Assembly (NCBI RefSeq): GCF_036365525.1 | Contig: NW_027140807.1 | Location: 558,001 to 622,000, forward strand | Reading direction: 5' to 3' | Length of the DNA stretch: 64,000 nucleotides | Origin: Heterodontus francisci | Taxonomy: Eukaryota | Part shown: positions 12,701-24,660 of the stretch, piece after piece | Position numbering within the stretch: position 1 is the first letter of the stretch | Layout of the letters: each line of letters begins with the position of its first letter | Notes under the pieces: model-generated | The model's database searches: none | The model's input: the letters and a program-made list of their open reading frames with translations, nothing else | What the model was told of the DNA's origin: nothing | Translations under genes and position numbers: made by a program

Positions 12701-13765
12701 GAGGACATTCAGCCCCTCTGGAGCCTGTTACACAGGAACAGGAGGAGGACATTCAGCCCCTCTCCAGTCTGTTAGACAGGAGCAGGAGGAGGACATTCAG
12801 CCCCTCTCCAGTCTGTTGGACAGGAGCAGGAGGAGGACATTCAGCCCCACTCGAGTCTGTTACACAGGAGCAGGAGGAAGACATTCAGCCCCTCTCCAGT
12901 CTGTTAGACAGGAGCAGGAGGGGGACATTCAGCCCCTCTGGAGCCTGTTATACAGGAACAGGAGGAGGACATTCAGCCCCTCTCCATCTGTTGGACAGGA
13001 GCAGGAGGAGGTCATTCAGCCCCTCTCCAGTCTGTTACATAGAAACAGGAGGAGGACTTTCAGCCCCTCTCCAGGCTGTTACACAGGAAGAGGAGGAAGA
13101 CATTCTGCCCCTCTCCAGTCTGTTACACTGGAACAGGAGGAGGACATTCAGCCCCTCTGGAGCCTGTTATACAGGAACGGGAGGAGGACATTCAGCCCCT
13201 CTCCAGTCTGTTAGACAGTAGCAGGAGGAGGACATTCAGCCCCTCTCCTGTCTGTTAGACAGGAGCAGGAGGAGGACATTCAGCCCCACTCGAGTCTGTT
13301 ACTCAGGAGCAGGAGGAGGACATTCAAACCCTCTCCGCTCTGTTGGACAGGAGCAGGAGGAGGACATTCAGCCCCTCTCCAGTCTGTTACAGAGGAACAG
13401 GAGGAGGACATTCAGCCCCTCTCCAGTCTGTTACACAGGAACAGGAGGTGGACATTCAGCCCCTCTGGAGCCTGTTATACAGGAACAGGAGGAGGACAGT
13501 CAGCCCCTCTCCAGTCTGTTACACAGGAACAGGATTAGGACATTCAGCCCCTCTCCGGTCTGTTGCAAAGGAACAGGAGGCGGACATTCAGCCACTCTCC
13601 TGTCTGTTACACTGGAATAGGAGGAGGACACTCAGCCCCTCTCCAATCTTTTACACAGTAACAGGAGGAAGACATTCAGCCCCTCGAGAGCCTGTTACAC
13701 AGGAACAGGAGGAGGCACTTTAGCCCCTCTTGAACCTGTTGCACCGGAACAGGAGGAGGCCATTC
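3769..13765. repeat. 44-bp tandem satellite (consensus CAGGAACAGGAGGAGGACATTCAGCCCCTCTCCAGTCTGTTACA), ~225 units, running into an assembly gap
   Basis: Directly visible tandem repeat; ORF track shows 44-aa periodicity (3 units). Confidence 0.98.
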
Positions 13766-13928
13766 NNNNNNNNNNNNNNNNNNNNNNNNNNNNNNNNNNN
13801 NNNNNNNNNNNNNNNNNNNNNNNNNNNNNNNNNNNNNNNNNNNNNNNNNNNNNNNNNNNNNNNNNNNNNNNNNNNNNNNNNNNNNNNNNNNNNNNNNNNN
13901 NNNNNNNNNNNNNNNNNNNNNNNNNNNN
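13766..13928. other. Assembly gap (N run)
   Basis: Run of N. Confidence 1.
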
Positions 13929-14499
13929 TTTCTTTCTGTCCCTCTCAATTCCCTCCCTCTGTTGCACCCCTTATCCCAATCCCTGCCTCCGTCCCTTACC
14001 CTTTTCTTTCCCTGCATTGTCCCTCCACAACCTGTAGGATCTCAAGAAGCACCGGCTACGGGTCCTCAGATAGAACGCACTTACTGTATCCAGTAAATTG
14101 TGCACACTGCAGTCTCTTCACCTATCACTCAGAGAGTCCAAGGTCTTCCAAACTAGGGGTGTGCAAGTTCCCAGGTGTTCTGTTGATGTGCGCAGTGCTG
14201 TTATCATTTCAGCTGATTTGTCTGCACACCAACACCCATCGCCCATGCACCTGGTCCTCAGCCACAACATTGAGGGTTTTACTCTTTTGTTCTGTTCTTC
14301 TGCTGCTTGCTCTTCAGATGAAAGTGACGCGAGTTTCTGGGTTGAAGAGGTTCCAAAAATGTCTAACAATAAAGGTGGACGTTGAATGAAGGATTGGGAT
14401 ATGGGCACAAAACATTTTCAAAGAAAGGCCATTATGGAGTCATCAAAGTAAGTACATTTCCCTTTGTCCTTTTGCAAACATGGCACAAAGTAGGAATCC

Positions 14500-15075
14500 A
14501 TTGCTGCTTCTAAAAGTTCCCTGGACATTATAGAGCGATGAGAAGTCATGTTCAACTTGTATAGAATCTTCCTTAGACCACAGTTAGAGCACTTTTCACA
14601 GTTCTGTTATTCATTTTAAGAGATATAGAGATACAGGAGAAGGGGCAAAAAAGTAATGACAAGGATGATATCAGAACTGAGAGGTTATAGTTATCAGGAA
14701 GAGCTGGAAAGAGAAGGCTGAGGGGGTGATCTGATGGAGGGCTTTAAGATTATGAAAGGGCTTTGGATAGGGTAGACGTGAAAAAGATGTTTTCACTGGT
14801 GGGGGAGTCAGGAACTCCGAAACATCAACAGAAGATAGTCACTAATAAATAAAATCGGGAATTCAGGAGAAAATTCTTTACCCAGAGAGTGGGAGGATGT
14901 AGGGAGTGGGATAAGGCGAATAGCGGAGATGTATCCAAGAGGGAAGCTAGGTACATAAATAGGGGGAAGGAGATTTAGAAGGATCTATTGATGGGAAGAG
15001 ATGAAGACGGGAGCGAGGAAGCTCGAGTGGAGGATGAACACCAGCATGAATGTGTTGGGCCGAATGGGCTGCTTC
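14500..15075 (+). mobile_element. Degenerate CR1-type LINE 3' fragment (approximate bounds)
   Basis: Similar to the 3' part of the intact CR1 at 54000-54600 (e.g. ttctttacccagagagtg, gggccgaatgg tail). Confidence 0.7.
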
Positions 15076-15164
15076 TTTGCTATTTGCCTCACGGCACAGA
15101 CCAAGGGATATAGTGCATCTCACCTGAGAAGGCAAACCAGCCGCTGGTTTAACATCTCAGGTGA

Positions 15165-15550
15165 AAATGCAGCACTCCCTTAGTACTGACCCTCTGACAG
15201 TGCAGTGCTCCCTCAGTAATGACCCTCTGACAGTGCAGTGCTCCCTCAGTAATGACCCTCTGACAGTGCAGCATTTCCTCAGTACTGATCCTCTGAAAGT
15301 GCAGTGCTCCCGCAGTACTGACCCTCCAACAGTGCAGCACTCCCACAGTACTGACCCTCTGACAGTGCAGCACTCCCTCAGTACTGACCCTCCAACAATG
15401 CAGCACTCCTTCAGTACTGACTCTCTGACAGTGCAGCACTCCCTCGGTACTGACCCTCCAACAGTGCAGCACTCCCTCTGTACTAACCCTCTGACAGTGC
15501 AGCACTCCCTCGGTACTGACCCTCCAACAGTGCAACACCCCCTCAGTACT
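15165..15550. repeat. 33-bp minisatellite (CACTCCCTCAGTACTGACCCTCTGACAGTGCAG), ~11 units, SINE-associated
   Basis: Visible tandem repeat; 11-aa periodic ORFs. Confidence 0.9.
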
Positions 15551-16249
15551 GAATTGACCAAGTTGGCTGCATTGGCGATCGATGGGCGGTAGGTGGTGAT
15601 ATTGCTCCACTAACCCTGATCGCTTCTTCATTTCTCGGCCGTTCCTTCCTCTGACAGCGACATCAGCTCTGCAATTCCCTCCCTAACCCTCTCCACCACC
15701 CTCTCCTCCAAACCGGACCGTTTTCGGGACGTTTTCTCTACGGACGCTGAAGTCGCTGTATAAATGCAAGTCACATTTGTGAACAGGAGGTCCAGGACTT
15801 GGAGCATGTCCTCCAGAAACTGATTCTGCCGGCAGTTTCGCTTTATGTTCCTTCTACGGGTAGACACGAACTAAACTGGTCACAGAAAAAGTAACTGGAA
15901 TTTGTCACGACCGGGATTTCGCGTTTTGTTGCTCCAATTTTCAGCACTTGCCTGTCGTCACTTGATGCAACTGAGTGGCACTGGGAGAACAGTTAAGTGA
16001 TAACTACATTGATGTGGACCAGGAGTCAGGTAGAAGGGGGTAAGTAGGGCAAATGTTTTCCTGTGGGACATTAGAGAACCAACAACAATCAGGTAGTTTC
16101 ATGGTCATAATTCATGTCACTGGTACTTTATCTCAATCAATTGAACTTCAACTCTTCTGAAGGCTGCAGTGGGGTTTGAACTCGCGACTACCAAAGCGCC
16201 AGCCCGGGCTGTTGGCTTACTGGTCCAGTAATATCACCACCAGTCTAAC

Positions 16250-17385
16250 AACTCAGCTTGTCCCATTCCCCGGCCTTTTCCCTGTAGTCCTGTAAATTTT
16301 TGTTTCTCTTCAGGTAATTATCCTGGACCTCGATTGACTCTATCTCCATCGCACTGTCAGGCAGTGCATCGCAGATCATAACACTCACTGTGTTGAAAAG
16401 GGTTTTCCCCTGTCACGTTTGTTTGTTTGGGTTTTTTTGCCGTTTACCTTAAACTGGTGTCCCCTGGTTCTCCAGACTTCTGCCAATGAGAACAGATTCT
16501 CTCTATCTACTCTGTCCGCACCCCTCATGATTTGGAACAACCCTATCAAGTCTAATCTCAAGTTTCTCTTCTCTATGGAGAACCACCCCAGCTTCTCCAA
16601 TCTATCCACGTAACTGAAGCCCCCTCATCTCTGGAACCAATCTCTTAAAACATTTCTGCACCCTTTACATCCTTCTTAAAGTGTGGTGTCCAGAATTGGG
16701 TGTAATATTCCAGTTGAGGTAGAACCCGTGTTATGTAGAAGTTCGCCATAACCTCTTTGTTTTTCTTTTTAATTTGATGCCTCGATTGATAAAGCCCAGG
16801 ATTCAGTCGGCCTTATTAACCACTTCCTCAACTTGCCCTGTCATCTTGAGTAATTTACATTGATATACCCCCCAGGTCTCTCTGTTCCTGCACCACCTTT
16901 AGAATTGTATCCTTTATTTGAGATTGTCTCTCCTCGTTTTCACCACCAAAATGAAACACTTCACACTTTTATGTAATAAACTGCATTTGCTATTTGCCCG
17001 CCCATTCCACCAGCCATTCTACATCCTCTTAAAATCTATCACCATCCTCCTCACGGTTCATAATACTTCCACGTTTTGTGTCATCTGCAAAGTTTGAAAT
17101 TGTGCCCTGCCCACCCAAGTCTAGGTCATTAATATCGATCAAGAAAAACAGTGGCCCCTGGAGAACCGCACTATATACCTTCCTCCAGTCTGAACAACAA
17201 CTGTTTACCACTACTCTGCTCCCTGTCACTTTGTATCCATGTTGCTAATGCCCCTTTTATTCCATGGGCTTTATCTTTGCTGACAAGCCTGTTATGTAGT
17301 ACTTTAACAAACGCTTTTTTTGAAGTTCATGTGCCCCACATCAACCGCATTACCCTCATTAACCCTCTCTGTTACCTCATCAAAA
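16250..17385 (-). mobile_element. Degenerate CR1 LINE ORF2 fragment
   Basis: Minus-strand ORFs with QGPLFFLIDINDLD...FADDTK and RLEKLGWFSIEKRNLR matching CR1 RT/C-terminus. Confidence 0.85.
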
Positions 17386-17931
17386 AATGTGTATCCGACT
17401 CTTGGTTTTCTGATTCGTCTACAGAGTGCTGGCTGTTTCAAAAGGCCGTGTCGTATTCATCATCTCTGCAGATGGGAGAACCTCAAAGTATCCTGTGTGA
17501 CTGACCACTTCCTCTGATGTGTCTGTATATATCAGCCGTAGTTTAGTGGGGAGCACCTCGGCACTGAGTCGGAGGTTTGTGGGTTGAAGACCCTGTACAG
17601 AGATTTAAGCACAAAATCTAGGCTGACACCCCCAGTGCAGGACAGAGAAAGTGCTGCACCGTGTGGAGGTGTCGCACCGAGTTACTCTCTTTATTTTGGC
17701 TGAGATGTTAAAACGAGGCCCCCACTGCAGACGGGTAGGATTCCATAGCCACTATTTCGGAGAATAACAGGGGCATTCTCCAGGGTTTCCAGGCACAATA
17801 GTCATCCCTCAACCAACTTTACTAAAACATATTATCTGGTCATTCTCAGTTGGCGCAGTACTACGCAGAACCCGGGGCTGCAAATCGAGTTCGATCAGAT
17901 GTCAGACAATGAATTTCCATTCAGCGAGTGA

Positions 17932-17950
17932 TCGCGCCCTCTGGCGGCCG
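17932..17950 (-). promoter_or_regulatory. Near-consensus CTCF-binding motif between V cluster and D (CGGCCGCCAGAGGGCGCGA)
   Basis: Matches the CCASYAGRKGGCRS core (G at the A position) in locally CpG-rich, apparently non-repeat sequence; binding not demonstrated. Confidence 0.65.
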
Positions 17951-18679
17951 CAGAGGCAATACGATGGAGCCTGAATGATTTTCATCACCATTTACCATTT
18001 GGATCATTCATCTGGCGTTACCGAGTCGCAGCCGGAGTGTGATCAATGCTACCTACTTCCAGTGAGACGTAGGATTATTTATTGCCATGTGCAAAGATAA
18101 CCAGATGGTGACAAGTGGAGCAAAACTCCCCCCCTCCCTCCACCCACCCCTCCGCTACCAATATTGGATCTAAGATGCATCAGTTGGAATTCATTCCTGG
18201 TTATGTGAATTCACCTCACATTGGTATTTCGAGACAGGGTGCCGACCGGGAGTTTTATAACGCTGCTTGATCTTGGAGCCTGCAAGTAAAGGGTTACTAT
18301 CTTGTTGGCACGTGGAAAAGACTTCTGATCTGCATCCCTGCAATTTTGCTTCAATAATTAGAGAGCACATTAGCTCAGGAACTCACTTTCGACTTCACTC
18401 GCATAATGCAGGTTGGAAATGTGAACAGCATCACTAATCCGTAAAGACTGGGGGAAATCTTAGCGCCGGGAGCCCATTAAAAGTCTTCCACTTAATAAAA
18501 GCCAAGAAAAAGAAATGACGGCATGTTGTAGATTTCGGGAACTCCAGTCCAATCTGAAAATATCTGGGGCTGTAGCAAAAGTGGTCGAGCAACAGGGTGA
18601 GTAATTTCAATAGCAACATTCTTCTCATTATTGATACTGCAAGAGGGACTCGTGTATATGAACCAGAATAATTTTACAT

Positions 18680-19335
18680 CAATGTACAGCAAGGAATTAG
18701 GAAGGCGAGTAACATGTTAGCTTTTATTATAAGGCGTTTGAAACATAAGAGTAAGAAAATTCTTCTGCAGCTAGTTAGGACTTTGGTAACAACACACCTA
18801 TAGTGTTGTATAGAGTGTTGCTTTCCTTATCTACTGAAGCATGTATTTGCCTCAGCGGAGGTTGCAACGAAGGTTCACTCAATTGGTTCCTCGGAGGAGA
18901 AGGCTGCCCAATGAGGAGAAATTGAGTCGAATGGGCTGTTATTCTCTGGAAGAATCAGAGGTGATCCATTTGAAACGTACAAGATGATGAGAGGGTTTGA
19001 CAGGGGACACACTGAGTGGCTGTTTCCCCCCTGGCTGGAGAACCTAGAAATAAGGGGTCGAAGCTTCAGGATAAGGGGTCGTCTATCGTACTTAGATGAG
19101 GAGGAATGTCTTCACTCAGAGGGTTATGACTCTTTGGAATTCGGAGAGCTTTGGATTCTCAGTCAATGAAAATATTGAAGACATGAGATCCATAGATTTT
19201 AGGCACCAAGGGAATCCAGGGATGTAGGAATATGGCGGGGAAGTGGAGTGAAGGTAGCAGATCCTCAAGATCTTCATTACGTGGAGGAGCAGACACGGCG
19301 GGCCGAATGGCTTACTCCTGCTCCTATTTTCTCAT
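18680..19335 (+). mobile_element. Degenerate CR1 LINE 3' fragment (approximate bounds)
   Basis: Similarity to CR1 ORF2 C-terminus and 3' UTR (gggccgaatggc). Confidence 0.7.
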
Positions 19336-21339
19336 GTTCTGATGTAAGTTGTTCCTGTGCATTTGCAGTGTCAGGTCATTGTGTCATCACAGCACATACG
19401 GTCTAAAATATTATCTTTCTCTTCCGGTCTATCCCGTGTTTCACTTGACCATGAAGTCTCGTCATGGCAAACCCTGAAGCCAGTTACGGGCCAACAGATC
19501 TTGATAAGGGAAGTTTGTCGATTTCAGTGCAATTTCCAGGCAATCGGAATGAATTATAATCAGAGCAGAGAAAGTTAAGGGACCCAGAGGAAGGTGGTGT
19601 TGGAAATCAGGAAGGGTTTTGATAAATTGAACAGAGCGAAGCTGTTTTCTGTGGCAGGAAGGTCGCTAACCAGGGAGGCGCTGATTTAGGGTCAGTGGCA
19701 AAAGAAGCAGAAGCAGGACGAGGAGAAAGATTCTGACTGGGACGGGTATTAATGATCTGGAACACATCACCTGAAAGGGCAGTGGAATGGGATTCAGCTT
19801 TCAAAAGGGAATTGGATAGATCCTTGGAGCAGACGATTTCCAGGGCAAGGGCAAAAGGGCAGGAGAGTGGGACTAACTGGATAGATATTTTCACAAAAGC
19901 AAGCAGAGGCGGGAAGATCTCCTTTCTGTTGAATCTTTCTGTGATGCTAAAATGTGGACAGATCAGAAAGGAACAACTTGACATCATTGCCTTTATTTAA
20001 GAAAAGTAAAACTATTCTCCACCCTTTGGCATATGAAACGTGACAACAAAGATATTGGGAGTCTGTGAACCTTATCTGTTATCTCTATGGGTGCATTCTC
20101 ACTGCAGACAGGGTTCCAGTCAAGCAAACCCTACTTATATGGCTGTGTTGGAGTAGGAACTGCCCTGGGACAAATTCCTCCCGGTACACCAGGGAATTCT
20201 GTCAAGAGCAGGCTGGTTATCATCTCAACAGGTCAGTGTTGAAGAGGTTTAACATGACATGTGGAAGTATGTCAATGAGACACCGGTCATTCTTTTTTCA
20301 ATAGGGGCCCGAAGACTGTCTTCGCCCCTGGTATTGATCCATCCATATCCAGATTTGATAGATTTGCTTCAGTGAGGAACCGTTTTGGGATGCAGTCGAT
20401 GATTAAGTGGAGACATGACATGTCACAAGAGCTGCCAGCTTGGGAGGAACAGGAACTTTGTGCCTGGCATTTTGGTGCATTCCCCGCCTCATGTCTGGGC
20501 CCTGTTGTGGATCAAGTCACCGCAATTGGTTTATTTCTGTTCATTTACGGGATGAGGGCTGGCGAGGGCTACGTTTATTCCCAGGTCTAAAAGCTCTGAA
20601 GCAGACTTCTTCTTGAATGCAACTCCGTGGCTGACTAGGCCCATTCCTCAGGGCAGTTAAGGGTGAACAGCACTGCTGCCGGGGTCTGGAGTCACTGAGA
20701 GTTCAGACTGGGTGAGGGAGGCAACATTCCTTCCCTAAAGGATATCACTGAACCAGGTGGCTCTTTCCGCCAATCCAGCAGCTTTATGCTGAGCATCATT
20801 GCTGGAATACAACTACTGTTACAAAGGCTGCCATCATCAACAACGACATTATTGGTCGACAAGGATGTCAGAAGGTGAACGAGGTGTCCTGGCTATTTTG
20901 GCATCTGGCAAAGGCTGCGTTCCGAAGCCTGCCTCTTCAGAATGCAGCCTTCCATACCAGTGCCCTGTTTAGCTTAGTGATAAAACCCAACACCGTTTAA
21001 TTCAGAGAGTACAGATCTGAGAGATGCCGGATAAACCTTATTCTTGAGATTCACTGTGACACCAGTGACAGTCTCAGTCAGCTCGATGGACCCTCCACCA
21101 GTTGGACCGTGTTTCAGCTGAAAGCCCGGCGCCAGCGCCTGGGAGTTCCTGCTGCGAATTCGTTAGACCAAAGTACGTGAATTGAATGCAGTTATGAGAC
21201 AGTGCACTCCAGGAAGGTGGTGATTGCTCTACCTGGGGATATCGGAATATAATTTCTGAAAATGAGATGGATAAGTTAGCGGTTTGTCAATAAAAAAGAT
21301 ACTGATACGCAGATTAACCACAAGCATTATTCATGGTTG

Positions 21340-21995
21340 GCGCTGGACAGGTTGAGAGAGCAGTTAATAAAGCATACAGTATCCTGGGCTTTATTAAAAG
21401 GGGCAGAGAGTACAAGAGCATGGAAGTAAGTTGAACTTGTACAAGACACTAGTTCAGCCTCAGCTGGAGTATTGTGTCCAGTTCTGGCACTTGAGGAAAG
21501 AAATGAAAGAATTGGAGAGAGTGAGGGAAAGATTCAGGAGAATGGTTCCACGGGTGAGGGACCTCAGTTATGATGATAGATTGGAGAAGTTGGGATTGTT
21601 TTCCTTGGAGGAGAGAAGGCTGAGAGGTGATTTGATAGAGGGATTCAAAATCATGAGGTGTCGGGACAGAACAGATAGAGAGAAACTGCTCCCACTCGTG
21701 AAAGGATGGAGAATGAGAGGGCACAGATTTAAACTAATTGGAAAAAGAAGTAAAAGTGACATGAGGAAAAAATTGTTTCACACAGCGAGTGGTTAATGTC
21801 TGGAGTGCAGGCCCAGAGAGTATGATGAGGGCACGTTCAATCGGGGCATTCAAAAGGGACTTATGAAAAAGGAAGACTGTGCAGGGTTACGGGAAGAAGG
21901 CGGGGGAATGGGACAAAGTGAATTGCTCATTCGGAGGGCCAGTTCTGACACGATGGGCCGAATGGCCTCCTGCACTGTACCAATTCTCTGATTCT
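21340..21995 (+). mobile_element. CR1 LINE 3' fragment
   Basis: ORF LYKTLVQPQLEYCVQFW...LEKLGLFSLEERRLRGDL; 3' UTR with (ATTCT) tail. Confidence 0.9.
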
Positions 21996-22712
21996 GTGAT
22001 GAGGAATGTCGATGATAAGTGGCAGTAACTTGATTGCTAACCAGATGATCAAAATTGGGTAAAATTTGTGATAAACACAACAATGGTCAGTTTAAACGGT
22101 ACAGGGTGATATTCTAAGACAATAAGATGTATCTATCCATCGGAACTTTGATAGTTCTGTCTTTCAGCAGAACCAAGCCATCTATTTATCACTTTAAGAG
22201 CTGCTTGCAAGCTGAAAGATAGAGATGCAGACTCACACAGACAATACCAGCACAGCTGAAGAGATTTTTCTTTTAACTTGTTGAGTTATTTTGATCAGGA
22301 ATGCGATGCCTGAAAGGATGGAGGAAGCAGATTCAGCAGTAACTTGGAAAGGAGATTGGGAAATATATTTGAACAGGAAATATCTGCCGCCCATTGAGGA
22401 AAGAGCAGGAGAGTGGGATGAAATAAGTAGATCTTCCGAAGTGATGGCACAGGAACGATGGGCCGAATTGCCTCCTCTGTCCTGTATGATTGTCCAATTC
22501 TTTGCAGATTATTTCATCCGCTTTGGAAAGTACTGAAGTGTGGAACTGGATTTTGAGCTGTCTCTCTGGGAGCACTGAGAAACTATTGGATTATTTCAAC
22601 ACTCTGAAAGTTGATGGAAAACTCTGCAAAGTTTCATCAATGAACAGCTGACTTTATGAACTCTGCTTCCTTGAGTTTTCCTCTCTAACACTCACAGTAT
22701 AAGAGGGTGGTA

Positions 22713-23413
22713 TGTTTTTGACGCAGCCCTGCTCCTGTTTGAATCACTGTGATCACTAGCAGCACAGTAATACACCGCCCTGTCAGTCTGATCCACCCTC
22801 AGTATTTTCAGGCTGCAGGTTTTAAGATCGGGTCTGGTGGCTTTAAATCTCTCCTTGAAACCGTCTTCAGGCATTGAATCAGAGGTACCAACCGAGGTCA
22901 CTATGAGCTGCAACCCTGCTCCGCTGTGCTGGCGATACCAGTACATGTAGTTCTCGTTGGTGTCATTCTGGAAACAGTGCATTTCCGCCGTTTTCCCCTC
23001 TGCGACCGTCAGCCGGTTCCCCCACTGGGTAACGACAGCGCTCCTGGACCAGGCTGTGGAGGAACATGAGAAACATATCGGGTCAAAAAGAACAGACACA
23101 ATAAGGAGAGAGAGAGAGATTTAATGGTAAACCTCCCGATGCACACCACAGTCGATCAGCTCGCTGATGCCCCAGCACAGGGGTCATGTGCTGATTCCCA
23201 GAATCGCTGGGCACAACTGCAGTGGCGCTAAATAGCGACACTTGTCCTCAACAGTAAAACCAAACCAGTAAATCTCTAACTGATTGGAGCCCTTTGATAT
23301 CAACAGGAATTGTGTCTCAAAGCTGATTAACTGGGGCCTGAATTTCCCTCCAAGTAGGAGCAGTAACCTGGGAGCAGCAGGAACAGTAGATGGAGGTAAA
23401 CAGGACACAGCAT
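22713..23413 (-). CDS. TRBV: TRBV gene V1, potentially functional: leader 23368-23413 (MLCPVYLHLLFLLLP), V exon 22752-23053, 23-RSS 22713-22751
   Basis: Ig V domain with C..WYRQ..YYCAASD; CACAGTG-23bp-TCAAAAACA; GT/AG phase-1 intron. Confidence 0.93.
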
Positions 23414-23514
23414 GATGCAGGAATGTGAACCCTTCTTTCAACCTTCCAACTTGGTCCAGCTCTCACGCACACTGCAGTCCTATTGGTGCACAGCCTGCTT
23501 TTGTGATGCAGTGT

Positions 23515-23527
23515 GGAAGTGACTTCA
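23515..23527. promoter_or_regulatory. Candidate V promoter ETS/CRE-like element GGAAGTGACTTCA
   Basis: ~100 bp upstream of V1 ATG; resembles TRBV decamer AGTGAYRTCA; related motifs at 26627, 60209, 61847. Confidence 0.45.
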
Positions 23528-23689
23528 TTGCAATGTCAACCAATAGAACTTCCCTTGTGTATCCAACAAAGAAGGTGGTTCTTTCACCTGTGTGGGTGTA
23601 GGAATTAGAATTACACAAGATTGACTTGCAAAGTCCCATCTATTGCAGGGTTTGGGGATGTTCATAAAGATTGAAATGATTGACATATA

Positions 23690-24660
23690 TACCAACTTGA
23701 TTGTATTTTTCGAGGAGGTGACTTGATGTGTAGATGAGGGGTAAGTAGTTGATGTCGTCTACATGGAATTCAGTAAGGCTTTTGATAAAGCCCCACAAGA
23801 GAGATTGGTTAAGAAGCTAAGAGCACATGGGATCCAGGGCAATTTGGTAAATTGGATTCAAAATTGGCTTATTGGCAGGAGGCAGAGGGTAAAGGTCGAG
23901 TGTTGTTTTTGCGAGTGGGAGCCTGGGTGGTTGATGGTCGGCGCAGACTCAGTGGGCCGAAGGGCCTGTTTCGGTGCTGTAACTCTAATCTAATCTAATC
24001 TAATAATCTGTGACCAATGGTGTACCACAGCGATCTGTGCTGGGCCCTTGCTGTTTCTGGTGCAAATTAATGATTTTGATGTGAATATAGCAGGTATTAA
24101 ATATAAATTCGCAGACAACATGAAAATTGTTGACGTTGTAAATAGTGAAGAGGGAAGCCTTAGATTTCAGGACGATATGGATGTACAGTTCTGGGCACCA
24201 CACGAAAGGAAAGATGTGATTGCACTGGAGAGGGTCGAGAGGAGATTCACCAGGATGTTGCATGGGATGGAACATTTCAGCTATGATGAGAGACTCAAAA
24301 GGCTCAGGTTGTTTTATACCCAGCAGAGGAGGCTGAGGGGGGACCTGATTGAGGTATACAAGATTATGAGGTGCACTGATAGGTCAGATAGGAAGATTTT
24401 TTTCCCTTTATAGGAGGGGCAATAACCAGGGCATAGATTTAAGGTAAGAGGCAGGAGGTTTAGAGTGGATGTGAGGAAAAAATGTGTCAACCAGAGGGTG
24501 GTTGGAATCTGGAACGCTCTGCTAAAAGAGGTGGTAGAGGCAGGAAGCATCACAACATTTAAGAAATATTTAGATGAGCACTTGAAACGCCATAGCATAC
24601 AAGACTACGGGCCAAATGCTGGAAAATGGGGCGAGAATATTTAGGTGCTTGATGGCCGGC
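23690..24660 (+). mobile_element. CR1 LINE fragments (RT region to 3' end)
   Basis: ORFs FSKAFDKAP..., INDFD...FADNMK, LERVERRFTRML. Confidence 0.88.

Noticed and set aside
4341-13723. Long ORFs (up to 482 aa) with TGTGGGHSAPLQ / QEQEEDIQ repeats
   Set aside because: Translations of a 44-bp satellite; overlapping in all three frames with no gene structure
3769-13765. CRISPR-like array or array of D segments
   Set aside because: No unique spacers, vertebrate context, and no heptamer/nonamer pairs around units
15628-15867. 79-aa minus-strand ORF as an exon of an embedded gene
   Set aside because: No recognisable domain; overlaps SINE-like sequence
23130-23187. Alternative leader for V1 (MTPVLGHQRADRL...)
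   Set aside because: Not hydrophobic; a proper 46-nt leader is at 23368-23413
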